Positions 8,101-16,764 of a stretch of DNA of 64,000 nucleotides are shown here, piece after piece. The notes below the pieces were generated by a model. That model was given only the letters and a program-made list of their open reading frames with translations, had not been told where the DNA came from and did no database searches. Both the position numbers and the translations under genes were made by a program. Position 1 is the stretch's first letter; every line of letters begins with the position of its first letter. Origin of the DNA: Desulfurococcaceae archaeon (GTDB lineage Archaea > Thermoproteota > Thermoprotei_A > Sulfolobales > Desulfurococcaceae); contig JAPWUD010000004.1 in NCBI GenBank assembly GCA_028275705.1, positions 22,001 through 86,000 on the forward strand, given 5' to 3'.

Positions 8101-9839
8101 TCTTCGAGGTTTCAGTAAACTACTTGTTCACGGTATTCAATACACTTATGGAGGGATCACAGGAGTTTACAGTTAAGCTGAGAGTAGATGAGTCTGCAAG
8201 TGGCTCTGGATTACTACTTGTTGATTCATCATGGGCTAACAACTGGCCTGTATATCCATTGACAGAGAACGCCACACTTCAAGTGATCTTGGCTAATAAA
8301 TGGCCTTATAGAATATCCGGCGTACAACTAGAACTAGTACTCCCACAGGGCTTCCACTCGAAGACAGGTAATGTAGCTCAAGCATACATACCCGGCCCTA
8401 TTAACAGCCTCCAAGAGCTAACAGCAGAGTTCACTATCAATATTGAGGGTGTTGAACCTGGGATATATACTGCTAAGCTGAGTGCTTCATACATTGTTGA
8501 GACTGGAACCCCGAATACACGTGTATTTGAGGATTATAATGTCTCACTTATAGTAAACAACCCATACTCTAGTATTCAGCCTATTATTGTAGATTGGATT
8601 GGCAGAGCGCCAGAGCCTCCGGAGTATGGTGCTTTACTAATGGTTGCTTTGAGGAATAATTTGAATCCAAGTATGAAGGGCCCGGTGTTAGAGTTGGAGT
8701 TGCCTGAGGGATTCCTCGATGCAGCATCTAATACATCACACATGAAGGTTATTGCTTCAAGTACAAATATACTCCAGCAAATGCAAATTCAACCACTTGG
8801 ATTACAGACTGCGGGGTTTAATCCACAGTTGATACAAGAGCTACTATCACAGGTTCAAACTGGTGGAGCTAGTGGTTTCACATATGGGGATGTACTCTAC
8901 TTCTACTTAAAGCTAAACATAGTAACGGGGAGAAGAGGTGTGTTTGTATTTAGTGGTAATTTGAGTTTTATTGACCACTGGAATAATAAAAGAGTTATTC
9001 CAATATCCTTCAATGTCAGCCTGCTTGGTTCATCGAAAATTATTGAAGTCTATGCACCAACATCGCTGAGGGTTGTGAATGGAACAAGCAATCTCAGTAT
9101 TAAAGTCTTGAACAACGGCTCTGCACCACTATACAATATCTACGTTTACCTCATACCATATGGTGGAATGCTCATTCCACAGGATGCAGTAAAGTATATT
9201 GATGAACTACCACCGGGTGAAATAGTGCTCGTCAACTACACGCTTATATATAATCCATTTGCTGTCGCCACTGGCGGAGTTCAGGCTTACCTAAGGTACA
9301 TGACCGCGCCATTCAATCTCGCTATTTCCTATAGAGATGTTTATGGCTATACAGGATACTATAACACGAGTATAGCTGTACTAGTTGAGCCATTTATAGA
9401 TTTAGTATTGTCTAGTACGAAGGCAACGTTAAGTGGTGGTACATTGAGTATATCTGGCGTTATACTGAATTATGGTATAGCAACAGCCAGGAGTATTGTT
9501 GTAAAGGCTGTATACATGGATAAATCAACTGAGACCCTGGTCGGAGACCTAGATCCAGCATCGCAGACGGCTTTTAGACTAGAGATGAGTGTGGGTTCTG
9601 GTGGTGGGGATAAGGTGTTGTTGATTGTAAGTTATAGGGATGAGTATGGTAGAGTTGAGGAATTAAACTACACGCTTAGTATTAATAGAGTAGAATCTAT
9701 TGCTACAACAACTCCAAAGCAGAGTGAGGGATTGTTGCCGGGTTACGCCACAGTGTCTATATCTGTAGTTGTGTTTCTCGCTGTTGTTGCATTATTAATA
9801 TACAGGTATTTGAAGAAGCATGGTTTGAAAACACCATAG
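5163..9839 (+). CDS. Giant (1558 aa) exported repeat protein, CARDB / COG1361 'S-layer domain'-like, with a C-terminal TM anchor
   Basis: N-terminal hydrophobic signal/TM, C-terminal TM (VSISVVVFLAVVALLIYRYLKKH). At least 8 beta-rich modules of about 110-130 aa with recurring W..x..YPGS / LPEGF-type motifs. Many N-x-S/T sequons. Confidence 0.7.
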   Translation: MNRLYRALMGVLITLYVVIPLFLSLVTAEAPLFTLINYNYKSSAGEEEIYPGSRDVALTVNVKYIGDSPVYVSAGCIQLPAGFTPSRGYSACTPPQTPNGTTYDIIHTNDVVVFNYHLDVSTDVAPGSYVLSLIIYYRMQNASGSEVLNNIVIEVSNYPELSLTVTNWYWSPAGYPGSDGVYLYVTLRNTGGSRILNARSEARFPEDVFSPSTISFQIANIGENEYATIGLGPISIYPSANPNITYQVQLDLNATMSTNDGVQYYAQGSIVFSVSLTPPPVIHLEVVDYGLETPRPVEGLRQARFYMMIVNKDFKTIRSVTAYYYIATSGAVFVNGSSSSVSIFEATLGYGNAASIYSEPIVLGSVHQLVIKVSLLIFGDDNGAEFWSTINYEFAVSIEEPLVDLEAVNVYWSSGGVYPGSENAVLNTVLLNNDIVDVRDAVVSITLPEGFYPRCLTVSNVLVQRGSMTTVSFTGISISNSTIPGEYPAILVIQGVAWDSSTNTYYAFTANYTVTVNVSKTPVFKILTVATSGWIGGRAYTISVNAAFYAYLQVTAPGYTIRGLKVKANLPDQLLFTNGEKYSTVTLGNIYRYGDFIYVEFAGVDVVTDKSGPVPVVLEVEGLASIGGDYWFREYHTILLPIIEPGLNLTLVDASWSVNPVSSEASELGVSITMQSTSIDTITSITARLTLTNAVYSSGREEAIVSVQRPVNYGEVFTLDFTGVNINATALNAVLEVYAVLSTGRSMYYRAVRVYNVSMNTLTELNAFRIIGVHTMIAGSYTPLLPSSRGVSIVIELANSKPYQVSWIQVNATAPSDVKINDISGTCVNGLTPAGTCTITLNVDVSPNATPGSRSIELLLKYAVATAQGVSLFSERHVVDFAIADTKYYEPELKLVSMYWGVQAPMRVLVSQRNVPLSIVIINTGYYSLDGVYVYVKPLNNTVLMVTDSSMCTPRLTTGASCSVTLYTDLSMVEKPGELFFEVSVNYLFTVFNTLMEGSQEFTVKLRVDESASGSGLLLVDSSWANNWPVYPLTENATLQVILANKWPYRISGVQLELVLPQGFHSKTGNVAQAYIPGPINSLQELTAEFTINIEGVEPGIYTAKLSASYIVETGTPNTRVFEDYNVSLIVNNPYSSIQPIIVDWIGRAPEPPEYGALLMVALRNNLNPSMKGPVLELELPEGFLDAASNTSHMKVIASSTNILQQMQIQPLGLQTAGFNPQLIQELLSQVQTGGASGFTYGDVLYFYLKLNIVTGRRGVFVFSGNLSFIDHWNNKRVIPISFNVSLLGSSKIIEVYAPTSLRVVNGTSNLSIKVLNNGSAPLYNIYVYLIPYGGMLIPQDAVKYIDELPPGEIVLVNYTLIYNPFAVATGGVQAYLRYMTAPFNLAISYRDVYGYTGYYNTSIAVLVEPFIDLVLSSTKATLSGGTLSISGVILNYGIATARSIVVKAVYMDKSTETLVGDLDPASQTAFRLEMSVGSGGGDKVLLIVSYRDEYGRVEELNYTLSINRVESIATTTPKQSEGLLPGYATVSISVVVFLAVVALLIYRYLKKHGLKTP

Positions 9840-9851
9840 AGGGGCTTAGAG

Positions 9852-11075
9852 GTGTTTTTACAGTTTTTCCTCGATATATTGAGAATGGCCATTAAAGTCC
9901 TCACTGAGAGGAGAACTCGTGCAGCGTTGACTATTGCTGGAATCGCTCTCGGTCCCTTCGCACTGGTAATGATCTCTAGTGTTGTTGATGGCTATGGAGA
10001 ATACATCGTATCTCAGGTGGAGGGGCTTGGTCAAAACACAATTGTCCTTTTCCCAAGCGGGGACTACAAATTCACTGAGAGTGATTTAAATAGTATTAGG
10101 TCAATGCCCGGTGTGAAGCGTGCCGAGCCATTTTACAGTATTCAGGGGCAGGTTAAGGTTGGGTCTGAGAATAAAGTTGTCTTTGTCTACGCTATACCGG
10201 TAGATTTGATCTTTGAATCCATGAAGGGGTTGGAGGTAGAGAAGGGCAGTATTCCATCGGAGAGTGAGTATTTAAGGGCCCTTGTGGGCCATAAAGTGGC
10301 CTATAGTGATGATGGTGGAGTAGTGTACGATATTGGAGACGTAGTTACAATTACGTATTTAAAGCCTGGTGGTGGCAGTAGTGAGGTTAGAAGAATCTCC
10401 GTGGTTGTGGCGGGTGTAATGAAGGAGTTTGGTGGTGCATTTATACTGAGTCCAGACACTATGGTGATACTGCCTCTGGAGGCTGGGCAGAAGGTGCTTG
10501 GATTGAGTTCTTGGAGTGGCATATATATTCTAGCTGAGAGTAGTGATGTAGTCTCAGATGTTGTGAGGGAACTTCAGTCTCGTTATAGAGGTGTAGCGGA
10601 TATAATATCATTTCAGAGTATTGCAAATATTATTAACTCTGTCATTGGAGCGGTAAACTTCATTTCATTCGCTGCATCTCTCTCAGCCTTTGCTGTTGCT
10701 GTAGCTGGTGTAGCTTCCACAATGATTACATCCGTTGTTGAGAGGACAAGGGAGATCGGGGTTTTAAAGGCACTCGGGTTTAAGGATGGAGAGGTTTTAC
10801 TAATGATCTTAGCGGAGAGCATTGTTATGAGTATTATTGGTGGATTAATAGGTATATTACTCGGTGTAGTGGGTGCACAGGCTCTCGCGTCAAGAGGCTT
10901 TGTCATAAGTATATCGCAGCAGAATACAATAGTTATCACTGCACCACCCAAGGTGACATCATTCAATATCCTTAGAGCTACTGCTCTAACACTACTTGTA
11001 GGGGTTGCTGGTGGATTATTCCCAGCATACCGTGCAGCTAGAATACCTCCAGCTGTTGCATTGAGGTATGAATAG
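9852..11075 (+). CDS. ABC transporter permease, FtsX/MacB family
   Basis: 407 aa. N-terminal TM, large extracytoplasmic domain, then a C-terminal 3-TM FtsX domain (ERTREIGVLKALGF motif). Starts 13 nt after the giant gene. Confidence 0.85.
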   Translation: MFLQFFLDILRMAIKVLTERRTRAALTIAGIALGPFALVMISSVVDGYGEYIVSQVEGLGQNTIVLFPSGDYKFTESDLNSIRSMPGVKRAEPFYSIQGQVKVGSENKVVFVYAIPVDLIFESMKGLEVEKGSIPSESEYLRALVGHKVAYSDDGGVVYDIGDVVTITYLKPGGGSSEVRRISVVVAGVMKEFGGAFILSPDTMVILPLEAGQKVLGLSSWSGIYILAESSDVVSDVVRELQSRYRGVADIISFQSIANIINSVIGAVNFISFAASLSAFAVAVAGVASTMITSVVERTREIGVLKALGFKDGEVLLMILAESIVMSIIGGLIGILLGVVGAQALASRGFVISISQQNTIVITAPPKVTSFNILRATALTLLVGVAGGLFPAYRAARIPPAVALRYE

Positions 11076-11080
11076 TCTAT

Positions 11081-11336
11081 CTATAACTTTAACTCTATGA
11101 ATGACTGCTTCATAGTATACTTTAAACCCGGGTCCTCCCATGCCGGCTTCTCCACTATGAATAACTACTCGTGGTATATTAATAAAAAGTCTCTTTCTCT
11201 TAATCTACTCCACAATTCACGCGTAGTCTTCATTCTATGCTGGATCTTGACAACCTCCTCTCTCAGCATGAACCCAGCGTCTAGGAGTACGAGTAGAGCA
11301 TAGTGTGTTAATCGAGCATAGTGCTTCTTTACAACC
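11081..11336 (-). pseudogene. Gene remnant of unknown family (N-terminally truncated, one in-frame stop)
   Basis: The minus-strand frame reads SVVKKHYARLTHYALLVLLDAGFMLREEVVKIQHRMKTTRELWSRLRERDFLLIYHE*LFIVEKPAWEDPGLKYTMKQSFIELKL. It has no start codon and begins directly at the hairpin motif. Confidence 0.25.
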
Positions 11337-11367
11337 GAAAGCCTTGCTTTTTAAGGCGGGGAGGAGG
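11337..11367 (+). repeat. Short conserved hairpin motif GAAAGCCTYGC-TTTTTAA-GGCGGGG(AGGAGG), copy 1 of 3
   Basis: Similar sequences at 22650-22675 (same orientation) and 34064-34093 (reverse). 6-7 bp G/C stem with a T-rich loop. Confidence 0.4.
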
Positions 11368-11700
11368 ATGGAACTACTTCTCTACTTGTATTTATTGTTC
11401 TCAAGGAGAGTTTAATTCTCACAGGCAAGTTTCTCGTCTCTAAGAAGAGCCATAGCTTTCTCCCTTGAAATCGGAATTAATTGCACCTTCATTAAACCAC
11501 GTACTTCCTTAATTCTCATATACCCTATACGTATACGCTTCAATACAAGCCCTAAGTGGAATAAGCGCAATAGTGTTATATAAAGCAATTAATAAGTGTA
11601 AATAATAGTCCTAGTCCTGTATTATTTAAGACACGATAGATTTAATTCATGCACTGCTGTACTATAATGTCGTGTTTGGTGGGTGCGAGGAGAAAAAGAG

Positions 11701-12969
11701 TTATAGAGATTGGTCTGATTTAGCCGGATCTACCACGTGGCCTACGAATAGTATAGCTTTACTATCGCGGTCTCTAAGGATATAAATGAATGGCTTGTCT
11801 ACTACGACCTCTATGTTGTACACGGGTGCGGATGTAAGTACAAAGATCGCTGTTACAGCGGCTGCCTCAGTCCCCTTCTCATTTACCTTTATCACGGCTT
11901 TTTGAATTACCTTGTCAACCCATATACTGCCTCGAGCTACGCGCGCCATTCTCGTTAAATCGGCTATTCCAGGTTGGAATACTTCGTGTACCCCCATCTC
12001 CCATAAAACATCATTGAGAACTTTATTAAATGATACGTTGAATTTAGGCATTACGAGGTGTGCTCTGAGTATTGGACTAGCATTATCTATGTTTTCAAGG
12101 GCCTTTGTAACTAATTCCCTAACGTCTCCCACAGCCTCTTTGAAGTCTCTAGGCATTATGATCACCATTGATAAACTAGTGTCCTTGTAGGGGATCTCCA
12201 CAGCGATGTACTCGCTAGTATTCACTACTCTCAAGTGATCTCCTTCAACGTCCATACCATAAACATATATCCACTCATTTCCATTCCAGAATCTGATTTT
12301 TCCACATGGCTTGAACTCCTTTAACCAATCTGCCTTGAAGTAGATTGCTGAAACCAACACTGCAACTGTGTCGGGCGGCACTAGATCCCTGCTTAAGAGG
12401 TTCTTTATTAACCCATTTGTCTTCTCCTCAACCCATCTATTAACACTCTCAACTAACTCATCAATACTAGTAAAGTACTCTACGTATCCATTGAAGCACT
12501 GTTTAACCCTCGACACGTAATCATCCCTGAATGGAAATCCCTCCCTCAGCCACGCGCCATTAGCTACGTAGAGTGCGGCAGTGTTGTTTCTACCTATTGG
12601 AAGCATCGAGATCAATTCTCGGTATGCACTACAAGCATCTCCATTATCCAAGCCCATAACTTTACCAAGCTCCTCTCTAGTAGAGGTGTTTGTACCCTCA
12701 TATAGTATTGTTAGAGCAACGTAGATGTTGAAGGGTGAAACAACTAGGTTTTCACTGGAGTGATCTCTCAATAGTAAACCATATAGGTTGAGAGTGAAAT
12801 TATTCGCTTTTTCAACAAGTTGAGGTAGTGTTACTTCCTCTGCTTCAACTACACCACTCGGTGTATGTTGCTGAGGGGTTTTTCTCAGTAGGAATGGTAT
12901 AGAGACAACTGATAGGACAACTAATGCAACCACTAGAACTACAACAAACCAATACTTCAACGCCACCAC
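11701..12969 (-). CDS. Serpin (serine protease inhibitor) with N-terminal membrane anchor
   Basis: Hinge / reactive-centre loop EKGTEAAAVTAIFVLTSAP followed by VVDKPFIYILRD. Serpin-length core (422 aa). N-terminal TM VVVLVVALVVLSVVSIPFLL. Confidence 0.9.
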   Translation of the reverse strand: MVALKYWFVVVLVVALVVLSVVSIPFLLRKTPQQHTPSGVVEAEEVTLPQLVEKANNFTLNLYGLLLRDHSSENLVVSPFNIYVALTILYEGTNTSTREELGKVMGLDNGDACSAYRELISMLPIGRNNTAALYVANGAWLREGFPFRDDYVSRVKQCFNGYVEYFTSIDELVESVNRWVEEKTNGLIKNLLSRDLVPPDTVAVLVSAIYFKADWLKEFKPCGKIRFWNGNEWIYVYGMDVEGDHLRVVNTSEYIAVEIPYKDTSLSMVIIMPRDFKEAVGDVRELVTKALENIDNASPILRAHLVMPKFNVSFNKVLNDVLWEMGVHEVFQPGIADLTRMARVARGSIWVDKVIQKAVIKVNEKGTEAAAVTAIFVLTSAPVYNIEVVVDKPFIYILRDRDSKAILFVGHVVDPAKSDQSL

Positions 12970-13222
12970 CGTGAATATTCTCTCCCTATTGTTAAAAATA
13001 AATATAACACTTGGACAAGAGCGTCCGGGTTCTTGGACGAAGCAGTATTGCTAGAGATAATCACATTATAAATATGACCTCCTCCCCGCCACAAGTGACG
13101 AGGGTTCCAGTTGTAAAGGCTGGTTGGCTTAAGACAGGGAATATGTTGGTTGACGAGTTAGTAGTTGCTATAGTAATATCCAATAATATCTGCACTAATT
13201 CCCAATAGCGTTCTTTATGCCC

Positions 13223-13873
13223 CTAATAATATGTTTGAATTCTCCTCCGCAGAGCTCTAAGAAGTTGCCTAAGATCCTCTAAGGATCTATCAATGCATGA
13301 GGATATAGCTGTTAAATCGATGCCTAATCCTTGCTTCTCAGCAGTCATGTAAACGCATAGTCCAGCTAGCACGAGTGGTTTGCCAGCATATGTTGGTTTG
13401 CTACTCCACAATCGATCTACAAGCTCTATTGTTGACACTGCGAGTTTTTCTCTCTCAGTAGCCTCTATGAATCCCCGCTCTACTAGGCAGTCGACAACGC
13501 GTTTAATGCATGTTTTTGTATAACTATGTAGATCTAGTGGTTTATAGAATTTCTTTAGGTAATCGTATTTACTGAGAATAGAGCTACTAATCCTTGGACT
13601 GTGTTTTAGTAGTTTATCGTAGTCAATGCACTCACTACACTCCCTAGATGCAATTAAAACAGCGTATTTTACAATGAGTCGGAAATCTGGTCTATGCTTT
13701 GAGTCTTTATAGTGCTCGGCAACACTCTTAATAATGCTCTCAGCGACTCCACGAGTACATCGATCTCTAAAAACCCTGTAGTCTAAGTAGTCGAGGTATC
13801 CAATAGCTCTCAATAGCCATTCATCAAAAACTCCAAGTCTCCTCTTAGCTATACCGGCTGATTGAGTATTCAA
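13223..13873 (-). CDS. Hypothetical protein; possible TFIIB-type double cyclin-fold protein lacking the Zn-ribbon (speculative)
   Basis: 216-aa all-helical ORF. Two segments resemble TFB core repeats (LIVKYAVLIASRECSECIDYDKLLKH; PLVLAGLCVYMTAEKQGLGIDLTAISSCIDRSLEDLRQL). Confidence 0.4.
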   Translation of the reverse strand: MNTQSAGIAKRRLGVFDEWLLRAIGYLDYLDYRVFRDRCTRGVAESIIKSVAEHYKDSKHRPDFRLIVKYAVLIASRECSECIDYDKLLKHSPRISSSILSKYDYLKKFYKPLDLHSYTKTCIKRVVDCLVERGFIEATEREKLAVSTIELVDRLWSSKPTYAGKPLVLAGLCVYMTAEKQGLGIDLTAISSCIDRSLEDLRQLLRALRRRIQTYY

Positions 13874-14397
13874 AATCCCACTTTAATTCCGCTATTAATA
13901 AATAAATAAAAAATAATTATAAATAAAGCTAAGAAAGTTATTGACTTCACTTAGAATATTGTACTACTTACTACTACATTTAACTTTCCCGCAGAATTTG
14001 TTTTGCATGGAATTCTAGTATAATTTGCTCTACTTATTTTAACGCCTGAGTAGTATAAAAAGCAAATGGCAACTCCATGTCATAGTTAACTTCTCCAATT
14101 TCAGCTCTCAACTTGTTGAGAACGATATTAAATTCGATTAATAAAGTACATTAATTCAATTCTAAGTATTCTGCTCTCAATGGGAAAATATGAAACCATA
14201 TTTCGACTTCATCGTTTCTATCGATTAACGATTGAACATATTTCCATAAAGCACTTTAGCGGTTATTTCGTATTTTTCTCTTAAGCTTTTAATAGTGGTA
14301 GTTTCAGCGTTTAAATGGGGTACTCATACGTAAAATCCCGTGAAAACCTTTAACTATGTGCAACTACTGTTTACAACTTTATCCCCGTAACTTTTAG

Positions 14398-14423
14398 CTT
14401 CTTAAAATATCTTCTTAAAATAT
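14398..14423 (+). repeat. Tandem duplication 2 x 13 bp (CTTCTTAAAATAT) upstream of the liv-type operon
   Basis: Exact tandem repeat read from the sequence, 65-90 nt upstream of the GTG at 14488. Each unit contains a TATA-like core. Confidence 0.5.
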
Positions 14424-14487
14424 AGTTGTAAGATTTAAATACCCCATAAGGTATTATATCTCTAAAAGTGCTGGAGGCGATGATTCC

Positions 14488-15918
14488 GTGAATAAAACTA
14501 CTGCGATCCTTGTTGTTATCGCGATAGTAGTTGGCATAGTAGGCTTTATCGCGGGATATAATCTTTCACCTATTAGAGTGCAGACTTTAACTACGACTAT
14601 AGTCACCACTACTACCACTACTTTAACTATAACTATTCCCACAACTCCTACACCTACTCCACCTACAACACCACCTATAACTACTCCAACATCCCCTAGG
14701 TGCAACTTCACTCCTCCCGATAAAATAGTTATTGGACTATCTATTAGCCTATCTGGATCGTATGCCTTGACAGGACAGCAAGGCTTATGGGGTATGAGTG
14801 CCGCTGTTAACTATATAAATAATATCAAAGGTGGGATCGACCTATGTGGTAAAAAAGTGAAAATAGAGCTTAAATACTATGATGATCAATCGAGCAAAGA
14901 CCTCGTGCCTAGCTTGTACGAAAGACTAATTACAGTAGATAAAGTAGACATAGTTCTAGGCCCATATGGATCTCCGTTAACTTTGACAGCTGCTCCTGTA
15001 GCAGAAAAATATAGTAAAGTAATTATCAGCTGGATGGCCAATAGTGATAAATTAATCCAGCAGGGATTTAAATACTTCGTTATGGTTCCAGCACTAGCTA
15101 GTACTCTTTGGAAAGCCGCTCTTGAAATGGTTAAACAATTAGATCCAGGCGCGGCTATAGCTATACTTCATAAAGAAGACGAGTTCAATACTATGGTAGC
15201 TAATGGCGCAAAGAATTATTCATCTCAGCTCGGTCTAAAGATCGTGTATTTTAGATCTTATCCAACCGATATATCTGATTTCACACCTATATTTTACGAG
15301 CTAGCTGCTGCCAAGCCAGATGTAATACTCATATGTTCCCACGAGAAGGATGGAATGCTCGCGATGCAACAATTGATACAAATGAAGGTTAACGCTAAAT
15401 TAATAGGGATAGCGGTCGCTGCAAGTCTTCCAGACTTCTACAATAACTTTAAGAACATGGCTGAAGGACTGATTGACGGAACGCACTGGACTCCATATGC
15501 TAAGTGGTCTCCAGAAGTCGCTAAGCAACTGGGATACGAGTGGATAGGTCCTACGCAAGAAGAATTTCTTAGCTTATTCCACGAAGTAGCAGGTCCCGAT
15601 AAATCTCCATCATATCATGCCGCCGCAGGGTTTGCGGCAATATTAATTGTCGCGAGAGCCATAGAGACAGCACAGTCGCTAGAACAAAGCGTACTTAGAC
15701 AAACATTTAACAACTTAAAAGTCATGACAATATATGGGCCATTCCAAATAGATCCAGCAACAGGAGCGCAAAAAGGGCATACCATCGTAGTCGGACAGTG
15801 GCAAGCCGGAAAGTTCAATATTGTATGGCCACCTGGAGCGGCCAATTCTAAACCAGTTTATCCAATACCTACATGGGACGAGAAAGCTGGAGGAGCTTTA
15901 GCGACGCCAAAGCCTTAA
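14488..15918 (+). CDS. livJ: Branched-chain amino-acid-type ABC substrate-binding protein (LivJ/K family), N-terminal TM plus Thr/Pro-rich linker
   Basis: 476 aa. TM helix, then TTTIVTTTTTTLTITIPTTPTPTPPTTPPITTPTSP, then a type-I periplasmic-binding fold pattern (IGLSISLSGSYALTGQQ). Confidence 0.8.
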   Translation: MNKTTAILVVIAIVVGIVGFIAGYNLSPIRVQTLTTTIVTTTTTTLTITIPTTPTPTPPTTPPITTPTSPRCNFTPPDKIVIGLSISLSGSYALTGQQGLWGMSAAVNYINNIKGGIDLCGKKVKIELKYYDDQSSKDLVPSLYERLITVDKVDIVLGPYGSPLTLTAAPVAEKYSKVIISWMANSDKLIQQGFKYFVMVPALASTLWKAALEMVKQLDPGAAIAILHKEDEFNTMVANGAKNYSSQLGLKIVYFRSYPTDISDFTPIFYELAAAKPDVILICSHEKDGMLAMQQLIQMKVNAKLIGIAVAASLPDFYNNFKNMAEGLIDGTHWTPYAKWSPEVAKQLGYEWIGPTQEEFLSLFHEVAGPDKSPSYHAAAGFAAILIVARAIETAQSLEQSVLRQTFNNLKVMTIYGPFQIDPATGAQKGHTIVVGQWQAGKFNIVWPPGAANSKPVYPIPTWDEKAGGALATPKP

Positions 15919-15978
15919 CTTTCGAGTTTGTTTTTAATTATTCCTTTCATTCCCTTGAGGTCATCTAACTATATTACA

Positions 15979-16764
15979 ATGTATGATCTTGGTGAAGGAT
16001 TCTTGTATACTACTGGAAGAGTTGTAGATGCTCAAAGGATTGGTCAAAGATTTTGTAGGCTAAAGCTTAGGCTTGGCAGAGATCTAGGCGAGGTTTCACC
16101 GTTTCAATTCGTCATGGCTGGATTACCAGGCGAGTTCGAAATCCCGTTGACTGTTTCAATGTACAATCGCGAAAAACTAATATTGGACTTATTTTTCAAA
16201 GTTAGGGAATACAGCACAGAGAAACTTTGCGGCAGCATAAAGTACATATCTCTCCGTGGATTCTATGGTAAGAACAGGTTAAATCTTGTAATAGGGGATA
16301 AAGTATTGTACATAACTGAAGATCTCGGTTTCTCGTCGTTGCCTCTTTTAATTTCTTGGATTAAGAAAAATAGTAAAGTTCTCGATGTAATTATGGTTTT
16401 TGAGAACGAAAGTGAAATTTTTGAAGTAGCAAAGCTCATCGACATGGATTTTAGTGGACGCATTGTTCAGTGTATAAGGAGCGATCTCGAAGAAAGACTA
16501 GACTTAGTTACTAAGTCCACCACTAGCAACACTTGGAAAACTATTTTAGCAGCAGGTGGAAGAGAGTTGCTGAAAAAAGCCTGTGAACTGGCATATGAAC
16601 TAGGAGCTGAAGGTGTAATAGCGCCTTATACTCGAATTAAATGCGGTATTGGGGCGTGTGGATACTGCATTATACCAAGAACAAAATACTTGTTATGTGT
16701 AGATGGGCCGATCTTCAAATGTAGTGAACTAGCAAGTTATTTGGGGCTTGAACATGGAGATTGA
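15979..16764 (+). CDS. pyrK: Dihydroorotate dehydrogenase electron-transfer subunit-like protein (PyrK family, 2Fe-2S)
   Basis: C-terminal cluster motif CGIGACGYC...LCVDGPIF is typical of PyrK. Start chosen at ATG 15979; the ORF is open from TTG 15928. Confidence 0.65.
   Translation: MYDLGEGFLYTTGRVVDAQRIGQRFCRLKLRLGRDLGEVSPFQFVMAGLPGEFEIPLTVSMYNREKLILDLFFKVREYSTEKLCGSIKYISLRGFYGKNRLNLVIGDKVLYITEDLGFSSLPLLISWIKKNSKVLDVIMVFENESEIFEVAKLIDMDFSGRIVQCIRSDLEERLDLVTKSTTSNTWKTILAAGGRELLKKACELAYELGAEGVIAPYTRIKCGIGACGYCIIPRTKYLLCVDGPIFKCSELASYLGLEHGD

Noticed and set aside
10613-10966. Long antisense ORFs inside well-supported genes (also 24825-25277, 49055-49441, 52854-53201, 50419-50772, 40449-40727)
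   Set aside because: Each lies opposite a CDS with clear family motifs. The compositions are low complexity (Ser/Leu/Ile/Thr-rich), as is typical of antisense frames.
14454-14711. 85-aa minus-strand ORF rich in V/G (VVVGGVGVGVV)
   Set aside because: It is an antisense shadow of the Thr/Pro-rich linker of the LivJ-like protein.
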